From NCBI GenBank assembly GCA_964187785.1, contig OZ076415.1, forward strand, positions 47,988,001 to 48,052,000: 64,000 nucleotides of DNA, read 5' to 3'. The position numbers and the translations under genes are program-made. The notes below the pieces were generated by a model. The model made no database searches and was not told where the DNA came from. It was given only the letters and a program-made list of their open reading frames with translations. This DNA is from Amphiscolops sp. MND2022. Lineage: Eukaryota. Shown here piece after piece: positions 18,197 through 33,100 of this stretch. Every line of letters begins with the position of its first letter. Position 1 is the stretch's first letter.

Positions 18197-21100
18197 CTGA
18201 AACAAAATACAAGAAAATAACATGAGACATGAAAGCATTTTAATAGCTGCAGCCCATGATAAAATGGTGCTGCAATCCAAAAATGGTACGGAAGCTAAAC
18301 CAAAAACAAAAATTGTTCATTTTTTCTTATTAAAGAACTTTCAAAGAAATTTTACTGGAGCGAACACGGGGTGTGAATTCTTTCGAGAAGTTTTCTAGAT
18401 TTCATAACAATAACGAGTGAATGTACGGAATCGTATAATAACTCTCATCCTTAAAGCCTAACATAACTTTATCCAATTATCAATGCTTTCTTTGACTATT
18501 TATACGTAAAATACCCTCCCGCAAATTGGGGATTCTGTATACGTATATAAATAACGAGTGAATAAAAAAATTTCATTCATTTGGAATTTGTCAAAGTCTA
18601 ATTTGATTAGTTGATACTCTAAAGCATCCGTGCGATAGGCGAGGAAAGAAATTGTGCTGGACATACGTTAAAAACGGAAGGTGTGGTTGGGTTGGTGGGG
18701 TCGAAGCTGATGTAGTTGTCAATTTGGTAGAGTACCTGCACGAAAAAGTGCAGAAAAGACTCTGATATGTACTCTGGAGTGACTGTGGTCGTAGCGATGT
18801 CCACAATGGGCGACTTCTGTAAAGATTTCCGGTCGAATATCAACTTTTTCAGTGCATTGAAATGTCGCTCCGGTAACAGTTTTCTTTCATCTCCCACCTA
18901 AACATACCAACAAACTTGAATAAACTTTACACTAAGCAATGACGTTATTCTTAAAAATACAATACTTGATGACATTGGGTACATCCTGAAAGCTGAGATA
19001 CCTGAAAGCTGAATTTTTTCGCACGATGTTCAATAATTTTTTCATTCGAAAAATTGAAAACTCCAAAGGCTGGTCTTGAGAAAAAATAAGAATGTTGAAT
19101 ATTGTATATCTAGAAAAACTTAATTCTGTGGGGTTTGCTATCTGAGTGTTGAGGACTGGGGAATATAGCTGAAATCTCTTGGACCAAATGCTTCCGTGCA
19201 TTAAAATTGATGAAGCTTAAATCAAAGAATCTTTCAAGCCCTCCTGAGAACGCGGCGAAATCAAAAACTCAAAAATTCATATTGCAGATGCTTGGAACTA
19301 CTCAACTTATCAAAAATGGCTATATGCAGCAAAAAAATAGCGGAAGTTATAGCGGAAAAAATTTTTGAAGTAATGAAACATGTCTCAAAATTATGAACAT
19401 CGCCCAAACAAGCTGAAATCTCAATCGATTCTTGTTGAACTGGCTTGGCCCTTGATTCACCTTATGGTAGCTACAATAAATGGCCAGTGAGTGATACTTA
19501 CACATCTCACAAAAGCGCCTCTGTTGTCAAGGTCAACTATGAGCACGTCTTCATACTCGCAACTGCTAGTGACGTCAGGTCTGGCCTTGGCACTGGAAGG
19601 TACGAGAGTTCCAATGAGAAAAGGGGAAGGACACTTGGCAATCTCGGTTCCCAGCTCTAGACTGGTCATAGGCACAAACACATGTTCCCATGTGAGTGGA
19701 TATATGAGCGCATGCAACGCCATACCACAAGACGACAACACGCTGAGTTTGGAGCTCCAGAGCCACACCTTGCGTTCTAAAAGCAGTGAAGCGAACACAA
19801 GAACGAGAGATTTGGCATCCAAGTATAAAGGCAGACATTGTAAGTTGACATGTTCGTACGTTGCATCTTTTCGTTCCCTTCGGATTGACAGAGAATGCTG
19901 ACCCGGTTTCAACTTGGCGTGTTCAATGTAGAATGGGTACTTGATTTGTATACTCTCGCCAGGCGCGGGTACAGGACATTCGTACATGGACTGAAGTACT
20001 GTGAAAATTTGACATTGCTTCTTGACTAGTTTCAGCTCGCAGCAAATCTAAAATGTACAAACGTTTGCCTTCTTGTATCTGAAAAATTGCTGATTCAAAA
20101 TTCTAGGATTATAATTCCTCAAAATTATCAAAAATGATTCTGACTAATCGAAGTATTCATGAGAAATGATTCAATCGAAGTAACGAGTAAAAATTGGATA
20201 GCAATTGACAACTAACACTATCGAAAAGATCGAAACATCTCTGTTGACTGATGATGCAATAAACAGTAGGCAAGTATTCGCTGTACGACTTTTTCGACAG
20301 ACGACTACCGCCATAGGCTGCTTCGGGCGACGCAGTAGTAGTGGGTGAAACATTGCCGTTGTTTGCACCAGATGATTCATCCGGCCAGATACGACGACAG
20401 TAGGCGAACACCTGGCCCCCCTTATCATCAGTGAACATGAAGGAATATGTTTCATCCAGATCGTTCCGCTTCGGGGCGATGGAGTCGGGACCTGAACTGA
20501 CGTCCGGGAAGCAAAAACTGGGCACGTGTTGAAAGAAAGGACACTCTTTGGCATCGATGACATCTTTGTGTGGATACGAAGTGATGACAACTGGAACGTA
20601 TTCGTCTCCGCCTCCTGTAAAAATAACGGATCCCTGCAAAAACCCGAGAAAATAATCAATTTCAATCCATTTTTCAACCGGGTGACTTGAAATTCACCCC
20701 CATGTCAAAGGGTTACTGAAAACGGGTGCTTTTCTTTCAGCAACATTAAACCACAGACAGGTGCAACTTTCATATCAAGGGTTGCGCCTGTTCCAAAACA
20801 ACTTTTGTGATTCTTCGTTTCGGTTTAGTTTTTTAACTGCAACTTTCACATTTGCGTATTATTTCAACCTATATTATCAATTGACAGCACTTCAGGAATC
20901 TAAAAGTCATTTTTCGAACGGAAGTATGTTGGAATAAAGTAGTGAAATTTCACCTGCAATTTTTTTGTGCTTCAGCCCAACATGTAGGGCCACAATAAAT
21001 AGCTGGGTGCTTTCTTTACTCCTCTCGTGGTTAAGAGATAGGGCACTGTCTCCGAGAGCACCACCCTCATTAGTACTTGAAACCTCAGTACCCGTCACAG

Positions 21101-24100
21101 TAGACCTATGTCTGTCCCCGTAGGGGTCTGGAAGATCTGATCTTGTGGAGGTTATAGTGGTCTTGGCTCTGGTTACTTGGTATGAAAAACTTCCTCCAGC
21201 ACCACTGCCTCTCACTGCATCAGTTTCGTCATCCGGAGTGCCAGCCATTTCAGTGGGCACTTGGATAAAGTCCAGATGGTCAATTTTTTCCAGACCTACA
21301 AAACAAAGGTACTTTTGCTGAATAATGTCGAAATGTAATACTGTATGTAGACAATTGTAAACTTCAAGCAAACGGTAGGAACCATATGTATTCCTTCTCA
21401 CGCTATCATAAAATTTCGGAAGTTGCGCTTTCAAGAAGCCAATGGAATTGTATAAAATAAACTGATGTTTCAGATATTGTGGTCAGCTTCAAAGCTACAA
21501 CCAAATGCTTTTGCATACTGTTTGCCAAAAAAAGTAGAAAAACCTGATATTTTTATGAACAGACTAATTTATATGATTTTCTCTCAACGTCAGGGTAATC
21601 ATTTTTCGACGAAAGAAACCTCGCAAATTTGCTTCATAAAACTCATTCTACACAGTTAGCTCCCATAAAGCTTGAAAATGAAAAACATCTATACAAAAAT
21701 GTCAGTATCCATCTATAAATGGATATATCTAAAACTGAATAAGTCTTTTACAACAAAGCTTTTGTCAGAAATTAGTTCAGTTCCACTCGTGAGGACCACG
21801 GCGCAAACATTTTTGAATATCCGATGGAATAGAAGTTTGAAACTGTTTAGAAATTCCACTGAACTTTTCCAGACCTACGAAACAAAAGGATGAGCCGGTG
21901 AGGGAATCGGAGTCCGAAGAACCATGGTTTGGGTTTTTCACACGCTTGCTCATAACTCGAGTGACCTCTTCCACAGTCAAGGACTCGTCCCAGCTACTGG
22001 AGATATACTCTTTTTTCTTGCTGAGAGACAGCATCGAGAAACCACTTAATAGTTATTCCACCGACACGTAATTCAAAGAGCTTTTGTTGTTGCGGATATC
22101 GACACAACGAAGAGGTTGTTTCTCAAGACTTTATTAATTACACTTCCGATTAGAAAACAAGATTTTCATTTCATTTTCGCCATCGAAGAGAACCTAGATG
22201 ATTCATCTTCTTTTTGAACATTTAAGCTAAGAAAGATAATGGCATCATACATGAACAAATAATCGACGCGAAAGATATAATGGTAATATGATGGTTAGGC
22301 GCGCACAAGATTACTGTATCTATAATTCAGTTACAAATTACTGAAACAGTGTTGTATTAGGATCAATTAAGAAATGAATAATTCCAAAACTGTAGTTGTA
22401 AAACCAGCTTGGGACAACTGCAAAATTCATATCAATAGAAATAGAGTATAGATGTGACGTCGGTGAGTTCTCTAGTAAAACCCTGATATACTTATTTTGC
22501 GTACCTTGATTATCTTACCACCCGAAAAATGCTAAATACCAGCATATTTGAAGATTGTAATATCAAATATAGCTATAACTAGTCAATACGTAAGATTGAT
22601 AATTATAATTGGTAGAACGATGCGAAAATGAAGTGAGTGGTACCATCAACAAATACAATTATGATTTGTATTAGCAAGTTGAAGTTTCTACGTGTTTGTT
22701 TGCTTCTACGTCTTGGTTTTCACGAGATGAGACGATAAAGATTTTCAAAACTTAGGGCCCAATTCCGTCGACCAGGTTCATACATGAAGAAAGAGATAGT
22801 CGTATTTTGAACTTCACGCGACAAGTAACCAGCGCTCTTGTTTCAACCCTTGGGCACATTTGTATTTCATTCATGACAAACAGTTATCAAGTCAAGCAAC
22901 CATTCAAAGCCAGCACCAAGTTCCCTTTAGTATTAAACAAATGCTCGAGCGTTCAAATACTTTGATATTGGTAGTACAAACACGAAGGAATAGTCAATAT
23001 ATAATTATACTGTATCCATAAGCATGCTACATTTGTACTAATGAAGGTATGAAAATTAATCTGTGACGCCATTCCACTGGTTCTTAGCTTAAAATTTCGC
23101 CGAACTTTTTCTTTGAAGCAGCATGATGCAATGTTTTGAGAGGGGGCACTGTGCCGAGCAATTATGAGTTGAGAGCCTGAATTATGGTGTTGAACACGAC
23201 AGCACAGTGACTTCAATTAGTTCAGATAGGGCAAATTCTTTGATTAATAACACCAACGAATTGGGCAAACATGTTTCTGGAAAGTTTGGCAACAAATGTT
23301 TCTTTTGTCATGCAGAATCAAATTCACTTTTCATCCATAAATCACTCCAAAGAAATGAAGAAATTTCAAGTTTCAATAAAGTTGAAGAGATTTCCCAACA
23401 CGAAACATCAAAAAACCCAAAGTTTGAAAAAAATCAAACTTTTTTCGGAAGAAATATCAGTGCCAAAAAACCTTTTAACTCGCAAAACTATTTGTTTCCA
23501 CTCCGAAATCAGTCATGAAAGTTATAGGGATACCCTTTGACCAAATGAATTTTTTTCGGAAAAGTCGCATAGAGCCAAAAAAACGTGAAGCATAAACATC
23601 AAAAAAATTGAAGGGGGCCCTTTGGGAATTTTTTTGTTCGAAAAAAAGTCTCACAATGCTGAAAAACTTAAAGGGGACCCTTTAGTCTCACCCGGTATTG
23701 TATGTTACGCGGAAAAAAGGGAACCCCTTTTTGGTTCAACTCTCTAGGCCAAATGGTTCGTTTTGATACAAAATTTTGTAGAACTTGGTAGAACTATTTT
23801 GGTCAGTTCGAGTGGATTGAAACAAACAGTCACTATAATAGTCGCATTTCAATTCATGAAGCGGCGACTGAAAAAGGCACTACAGTGGATCCCGGATATA
23901 ATCAATGTCAGTGGAACGACTTGCGGTGTTTCTTACAATCGAAATTTTTTATATGCGGGTTTAAAAAGGAATGAAACTGGCAGTCGGGGCCAAGATACGC
24001 ATTGACTATAAGCGGGTATCTCTTATAAGCGGGTTGCTTATATCCGGGATCGACTGTACTATTATAGTCTCCTCGTTCTATGAAAGCGCCGACGCAAAAT

Positions 24101-27100
24101 TATAAGATCAACTTTTAATTTTTCCTTATTCTGAAAAAAATATATATACCAAGTTGAGAATTTGAAAGTGAGCAATTTACCTTCACTAGATGTTTCATTT
24201 GCCGAATCACAGTTGAGGTCTTCCAAACTTCTGGCCACTCCAAAAACAGAATATATTTTATCCCGCACCTGAAACACATTAAAAAATGAATTTTCTTACA
24301 AGTCCTCCAAATATTGACATGAGTGAGCAGCAATATTCTGCAATAAAGTGAATTTTTGGTTATGATCAAAAGAAAAGAGAAAATTTTCAGTTCAGGTTGT
24401 GTGAATAGATAGACAGCATAATTTGTCCCTAACATTCGCCTTTCATTCGCACGTTTGAATCAACGTCTGGAAATATGGATGTGATGAAACCAGCCAACTG
24501 TGACAGATACAACTATATTTAACAACCAACTGCGGAGTAATTGACGTCACAAATATTCAAAAACCTATCCAAATTTGAAAGTTTACTTCAATCATGAAAG
24601 CTCTCGTGAGAAATTAAGGATACGAACTCTCTCATCCACGGGGAAGGAAATTCTCTCCAACGAGCTCGATAGCGTGGAGCTGGCCAGACTCTGTTCATCG
24701 AAATTGAAGGAGTCGCTTCCAATGCAAGACAGACGTCCATTCTCAGGACCTCCCTCCGAAGTGACATGCCCAGAGACCAGCTGAGAGACTCCCGCGCTCC
24801 TCCTGGCAGCTATTTTGCGGGCTGATTTCATGAGATTCATCGCCTTCTTGGATGCGTGCGGTTGTCTTAAATTGGAGATTATCAAAAATTGTTGTAATTG
24901 AAGATTTTTTGGTCATCGAAAGCAAAATTTTGAATTAATTTAGTCTAAATAGACGCCAAAAGTGAAACGTGAAGGAGCTTGGACTCTTTTTTACCATGGT
25001 TGCGAAATATTAGTTAAGTAATGTAAACAAATTCAGCAGTCTTCGGCTTCGAGAATAAAACGTTCCAATAAAGAGTGCCTTAAAAACAGAGACTTTTTGG
25101 GAAATAGCGTTACAGTAGAGCTCGCTTAATAACTCACTTTATAGCAATTTCGCGTATTATCAACTGATTCTGAAGCCCCGTACTTTCAAATGATTGATCG
25201 CTTTGCTAATGCTTAATAACAACCAAACTTTGACAGAAAACATTTTTTGCATATCGTGTTTTTCTCATAGATCAAGTAGGCAGATTGCTATCACGTTTTT
25301 ATGAGCTCGACAAAGCATGTTTAGAAAGTTTGTATCACCTCTCGATGATATGAATTGTAATATTCTCTCTAAACAACTCAATCGGCCTCGTAAAATGATT
25401 GAGGTTGCTTATTTGAAGCTTTCGTTGTTTTTGAAAAACTAATTTTATCTCCGAAACGAGCAATTTTCAGGCATTATCGCACAATAAAAACCGCTTAATT
25501 ACTGCTATTTTCCAGGCCCCGGCACGTTACTATGAGAACTCCACTGTAATTAATTGTTTACAGCATTTTGCAACTGTCTATCAAACTGAATTGAACCAGT
25601 TTGATCCAAAATTTTGAGCCCTGACGAAAATATTAGAGAATGCAGCGAATTCAAATAGAATGTCCAATAAAACAAACTCGTTGGTGCAATTTAAGCATAA
25701 GTGTGAAATTTTGATAATCTATGCCTTGAGTTGTCTTCTGATAGGTTGCAGGAATGTGAGGGGGTGAATTTCTGGCCGTTAGCTATCTCAAGAACGTTGT
25801 CCAGAGACCTATGCAGATGCTTCATCTTCTTTTTGAGTCTCACTAATTCTCGCTTCTCGTTCGGAGTGCCCGGTTTTTGTTCACGACAAGAAGTCGAGCG
25901 GCCCACCGTTGTTGCCTTTTGCACCTGAAACAACCATCAACCGATTGATTAATTTCTTACCAATATTTCAAAAAGATATCCGTGTTGCCTTGATATACAC
26001 GTTTCATAAAATTATGAGGTCCTATCCTGAAATCTACAAAAAGCACACTAAAATTAGAAACCTTGAAACGGGCAACCGAAGATATTGATATAATATTAAG
26101 GAGACGTTTTAGAACCGAAATTCGCCAATCGTTTCAAACCTAGGCACAGTTAATTGGAACATCTGCAACAAGCCTGGAACATGTCACATTACCCAGCAAA
26201 TACAACACTGATTTAAAAAGCTGACACGAATTCTCCTATGAGATGAGAAATATTTACTCCATGTTTGGATACACCGCAACTCAAACTCAATCAAAATGGA
26301 GCTTTTCCATTGAAACGCCTGAAAAAGTTGAAAATTGCATTGCGACGATTGGTTTCACCAAATCTTTAGACAGAATAAATTGATCAAATTTCATATTTGA
26401 TGCGGATCGTAGACAAACAAATCGGTAGAAACAGTTTTGTCGCTTCCCAGGTGATATAACTGCAGGACTCAGCAGCGAGTCGCTTCTCCGATTTATCGTT
26501 GCCTTTGAAGACTTCAAGAACATTTCTGCCTTGGCAATAAATCACACCAAAACCAAACCTGGCCCCAAGGGTGCACATCCTAGACAGTTTGCTGCATCTA
26601 GAATAATAGCGTTTTTGGAGTATCGATTTGGCCTGGGAAGTAATGGAAAAGGTTCATGGAAATTAATAGAATGTAATGTGTGCGAGCTTAAATTGGAAAT
26701 ATCTGCTCCTAATGAACAGTTCCTAGCGAATCAAGGGTGATAATAGAAGAAAGGGAATTATAGCTGCTGAAGGTACCTGTTTCAATACTGATCAGCAATA
26801 CACCTGAGGAAGTAACTTATCAGTAACTGCATCAATGTTTTCGGCTTAGTGGAACTTCGACCTGGTTGATGATATGGTGGCTAAGTGCAATACTTTCCCA
26901 AAAATTGATCAAACACAATACTATAATCTGGTATTAATTCGATGAATCTGGTATGAAAAAATATCTTGTCACGTTTTTGGTAAAAATGAATAGTGCAAGT
27001 AATGGTAAATTCCGCAGAATTTTTTTGAAACCAATAAATTTATGAGTTACATTGGTTTCGAGACCAATTAGGCATTACAATGCATTTTGCAGAGGAAAAG

Positions 27101-30100
27101 CTGGATAAGAAAATTTGCGCAAAGCATACAGTAAATGGAAAAATTCTACAGTTAGCTAAAAACGAGCAAATAAAAGCTAGACATTTTGGCGCCACTTACA
27201 AGACATGAATTCTTCAAACGGGAATAATCAATTTTTTATACCATTGCCGCCATTACGGTAGTTAGTTTCCTGAATTATTCTCATACACAAGGTCTAAAAA
27301 CGAAAAAAACGTCTGAATTTTATACTATGATATATAAAACAACTGATTTATGGCCGATTATTTTCATTTATGGCTATTGTTTTTCCATTCAATTATATTT
27401 TGAGTATCCTCGACTGAAAGAATTGGATCATTGATTGGAGATAAGATCTGTATTGTAAGCAGTAAATTAGATCGATTGTGAGCGCAAGCGCAAAATAAGC
27501 GAAAGCAATGTAATATCCGAATAAGCGCGGAATGCGGAAGCGACTACTGAAATTTTCGCTTATCTGATTGATTGGAAATTTTATCTATTTTAGTAACAGA
27601 TAATTCCAAAAAGTAAAAAAAACTCTTGCATAGGCAAGTTTTTGTACTGAGCGTTTCACCCGACGCCAGTACAGTTGGAAGATTTCTCCTGTGGTGGTAG
27701 TTTGTTGAGAAAAAGGAGTAACCGATCGAAATTTCCAAAAGTTCGAAATGTTGTCAAGAAATTGCAGCTTTTAAAAACTTACAAATTAGCTAGACCAAAG
27801 TTTTCTTTGAAAAAGCGCCGCTTAAGAGTTAGCGGGCCTGAGACACAAAGATTGTAAGTTTGCCATTTGAATCATCGTGAATGATATGCTGGGACAGCAG
27901 ATGATACATGCCGCAGTCTTTGGAGGTGATAAAAACCTGGGCTCTGTTTTTCATAGGTGCCCCGAAAAGCAGTTCTCTGTCAACAACTAATCTGCCATAA
28001 CAATGAATATGCGAGAATCTTTTTTGGTATTAATCGCATTGTTTTAGACCTCACTATACTATGAAAACAGCTATAGGAACAAATTTCAGCGACTCGGTGC
28101 AGAGGAAAAATGATTGCAGAAAAACACGATAAATTAAGTGTCTGGGAATGAAATTTTTTTGCAGAATGTCAAAAAATGAGAAAATGAAGCAATACTTACA
28201 AGAGCTCATTCCAAAACCCACTTGGAGAACCAAAAGCTACAAGCCATAATTAGAAAGATCAAATGAAGTATGTATCGGTTGTGTGTCAAATATACATAAT
28301 CCAAAGAGCTGTTCAGATAGTATTCATGAATTATGATCTGAAACTGCAGAGATGGCGGCGTGTTGTTCTAACATGTGGTTTCAGTCTGCTGCTCTTGCAG
28401 CGTCGCCAATCGTTCGAAAATTGACGGTGATGTCTTGTTCTCGCTATTAAGATCAAGAGAACAGAATAGTACAGTACGTATTACACACAGTTTGCCTGCC
28501 ATTTCAGTCACAGAAACTTTCAGCATCGAAGTTCACTTCTCTGACTACCAAGAAAGCTTGAAAGTACTAAAATCACGCCAATATTTGTTTTTACCAACTT
28601 AACTTGACAAAGCTACGATAAGTGAGTGATCTGTCAAAAAGCAAAATCGATTATTGTCGACGCTTATCGAGTACAAAAAAATCTAACTTATGAGGCCCAG
28701 AAGTCAATGCAAAAGATTTTTTAAATTATTTACATAATTAATAATCATGTACTTTTAATAGAGCGGTATCTAACTTCGTTAAGCACTTTCAACTTACCTT
28801 TCCACTCAATTTTTTGGAGTCTTTCTCTACTGATAAAATATAGTAATTCAAGCAAGTAAAGGTGATTCTTTTTAATGACACAGAGGCGAAGCCGTGCTTC
28901 GCAAACACTTGCGAAGTTTGGAAAACCAAATAAGCAATATCATACGTAGAACCAAGGGTAAAAGGAGTATGTTAAAATTTCATCAATTTTTCAGCGCCAA
29001 AAAATACCCGAAGGGATGGGCATAAGTCTCGAAAACCATTCTTCCCCAACTGAAAACAGCAAAAAACCCATCTTTCTCAACGGAAAACCTTAAAAACAAA
29101 CAGAAAATTGAAGGAAAAAATTTTTTGAATTTTTTTCAAAAATTTTCCGAAATTTTTCCAAAATATTTTCGAAAAATTTTTTAGAAGGTCACCGGCAATT
29201 TTTTTGAAGTCGCATAGTGCCGAAAACCTTGACGAGTCCTTTAGAGTCGCAAAACGTTTCATTTTTGGTAAAAATTGAGGGGACTTCGATGAAAAAAAAA
29301 TTGAAAAACATATGAAAAACACCGGTCTTTGAAAAAAAAAATCGGATATAGCGTGCTGGGCCTGAGAAAACCTAACTTTAAAAATTATTACTTTTGAAAA
29401 ATCTCACAAGGCCGAAAACTATGAAAGGGGGGTTCTTTGAGATTTTTTAACATCCATTCTTTTGCGAATTTCAAAAAAATTGAAGGGAGACTTCGAAAAA
29501 TTTTCGAAAAAAATGCGAATTTTTAACAGTCTCATAGTGCCGAAAAATCTGAAAGAAGAGACCCTTTTGAATTTTTTAACGTTCGTTCTGTTGCAAAATA
29601 TCAAAAAAATGAAGGGAGGACCCTTTGGGGACATTATATGTCTCAAAAAGCCGAAAAGGGGGGAGGGGGGGTCTCATATTGTCGAAAAAAGTGAGAATCT
29701 TCTGCTTCGGAAATTTTGTAAAAAAAATTAGCGCATAGGCACGGGTTCGAACCCGGACCCTCTGGGTTGAAAAGCAAGCATCTTACCGCTAGACCAAAAA
29801 AGTCTGAATTATGCGACTTGCGGTCTGAAACGAGTTGTCGCGCGGAAAAAAAAGCACACGCACTTTCCCATAACACTTGCTTATCGCAAGTGTAACCAGT
29901 CTCCGGTATCCAAAACATGTGTTCCAAGCCAGAGGACGAGGGTGCTTCCAGTGAAACTAAGTTTGAATTGAAACCTAAATTGGAATTGAAACCTAACTCC
30001 ACCCGCTTCCCACTAGGGCCAGGGACAAACCAGCATAACTTTCACCACAAAGAAAAAATTAAATTACAAACACAGAGGCGAAGCGGTGCTTCGCAACACA

Positions 30101-33100
30101 TGACGAAGACGATTATTTTAATATGCGTATATATATTATTTTAATCGCATGCGTATATATTCAACAGTTCAACTTTGTTCAATAACGTCCCTATGGCACA
30201 GTGGTCAACACATATGCCGTGCAATCGGGAGGCTGCAGGTTCGAATCTCTGGGGTTTTGGCTTTATTCTAAAAAGCGCTCATTATGAAGTTGACTATTGT
30301 GGAAAAAAAAACTTTCTTAGCTGGACTGCAATGCACATTGACTTCGTCATGTGCAAAAAGTAAGAAAAAATAAATAACGTTGTTCGTTAAATAACATGCC
30401 AACCTTGTCTCGGGGCTTCTTTATCCTTAATGTAGTTCACACTTTATGCAAGCAATGCAAAAAAAAACAATTGACTAGAAGGTGCGTGAGGTAAATTTGG
30501 GGTCTTGACGTCAGATAAAAAAGGATTCTTTCGGTAAGATTTGACAGCCTTATGTGATTTGGAAAAGCATCAGGACCCATCAACGACAGTCTGACAAATC
30601 GGCGTAATTTATCAGTAAAAAAGTTTTTGATATCAACGAATAAACATACTTAATAGCATCTGGATCGCAGGCGAGAAGTAAAACGAGAGAAGTAAAAAAA
30701 AACCTTTAAGGCAAAAAAACGAACTTCAAATCTAAGATCACATAAAAACCTGAGTGTGTGTGTGTTTTCGGACAAAACAAGTCAACGAAAAATCAGAACA
30801 AACGAGTGCCAATTTGTGACGTCATGGAAGAATGACGTTTTGTTCTTTTGACAGCTCAGACTACTGTACATCGTACACAGGTGACTCGTGTAACAGTTGT
30901 GACTAAAGGAGCATTATGGGTTCAGGTCTAATTTAAGTTTGTCCAGGAAAGACAAAAAGGAAAGTGTTTTTATGATACATGGCAAAGTAATTGATCATCC
31001 AAACAATGAATTTATATAACAAAAATCTAAAAATGAAAATCAAGTTTTGACTTTAGTGTTAAGAAAAAATATTTTTTTTTGAAAACTTGGTTCTAAAGAA
31101 GTACACAGAAAACAAACTTCGGATAATATCACATTTTCACATACATTGCTCCATTTAAAAGAAATGAACTAAAAATTGATCTAGGACATACCGCATGAAT
31201 AGAAAATCAAAAGAAAGCTGAGCTATTAGAAGTAAAGACGATCTATTTTCAAAATACAGGTCACCAAATTGATTGACGTTTAAAGCAAAGGAACATTCCA
31301 TGCGTCTTTCCAATGTCTGAAGCAGGGAAAAGGAATTTAATTCCTGTTGCTGATCCTCTTTTATTCCGTTATTTTACAGTAATGAAGTAAATATTTAAGA
31401 TAATCGAACTGATAACTATGGAAAAGATTTAAAGTCTATGATGGAAAAGCTTCTTAATAAAAGTCATCCACGAGAGCTTCTGAAAGATGAAGACAGATTA
31501 ATGAAGATGGCATAAATTCTTAAGGTAGACTGTCGAGTTCATCACAAAAGACGTCTACAGTTAAAGGTCGATGGTCGATCTTGAATGGTTAACTGTTAAT
31601 AATACAGCGCAATTTTTCAAAAGTATGGAAACAAGAGGAAATCTTAACAAGTAGAACAAAAAGGAAACTCATAAACTGGATCGTTCACCAATTTGGATTT
31701 GTTATTTTGAAAGTTTTTATCGATAATTGCAACAATTTTTTGGTCTTCACAGCAATCAAAGCACTTGCAAGTTCAGAAATAAACATTGATTGGTTTATCA
31801 ACCTTACTTATGTCAAGCCCTGCTGATTTGAAACTAAAATTTCTAAATCGAATGCACTACCTGATCTGCGGTTGAAACATCGAGCAGTACGACGGAGTTT
31901 GAAGAAATGACAAGTTTTCCTTTCCACATCTTCAAGCGAGTGTATTTCCAAGTTTTTTGGTTTATTGAAGTTTTCTAGTGTCCGTAAGATCTTGTGAATT
32001 TGCAAAATGTGATTTGATGTCAGGACAAATATGCGGAGGTTCTTGAATATGTTGGATGTCTCTATCAATTGAGTTATGTGTAGAACAACCTTAAACTACA
32101 AGCTGAATTCGGCTGCGTAAAAGAACTGAATATAATATTGACTTAAAGTAGCCCAAAGTGGGACGCAAATATACTTGACCCGACTGTAATCACCGGATAC
32201 CCCTGAATATACTGATTGAGCCAATTTCATATTGATGCCAAAACAATTAGATCAAATATATAATGATTGAACAAGACTCGATGATTGAACAAGACTTTGA
32301 AGAGTATTAAACGGGTAAGACTGTTGGCTCCAAACTCAAACACATTTCAATATCTCTTTCATTGATAACAGCAAGAAGAGATGAACCTTTGATCGGAAAA
32401 ACTGAAATGAGTGGAGAAAATTCAGGAGAAACAACCTATATACAAAAGACACATGTTGGAAAAAGATAATCCAGACGAACCTTGAAGTCCATGTTGATTG
32501 AAATTAAGAGAAACATAACAAATACGAGCCGGTTTGGCCGATAAAAAGTGGGAATGTCGGTCATAATGTCTTAGATAGAAACGCTGGATCGTTAGAAAGA
32601 TTTACCTTTTTTGCAGATGAGTCTTGACGTGCATTTGATTGATCAGCGTTTTCACTGTGGTCGATTTCAATAGCAGCGACAGGCGATGATGTCACTAGTC
32701 CACTTGAATGTCCCTCCGTTCGGTCGTTTTGGGCGGCAGGCATGACAGTGGATGAGATCACAACTGTGTTCGACTCAGAGTAGACACTTCGCTTATAGTG
32801 GGCACACTCCAGGCTCTCCAATGATGACATTATATCTCTGCATAATTCATTTTGCAATTATGGCAAAAGACAATAATAATCAAAAAACGAACTAATAAAC
32901 AAAAAATTGAACAAATGTTTTCGAATTTCGATAAAATTCCTTAATTAATCTCAATTCCGGGGGAATGTGCAATAAAAAACTTCACAAGGTTCCGGTGCGA
33001 ACAGTCTTTTTTGTTGAACTACTTTATATGAAATGAAAGATACTTCAAGATGCTTCATTTAATTCGAGCATGAGTTCATGAGACCAGAAGTTGATATACA

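Noticed and set aside
19491-20677. Alternative-frame and antisense ORFs over the DENN exons
   Set aside because: Shadows of GC-richer coding exons.
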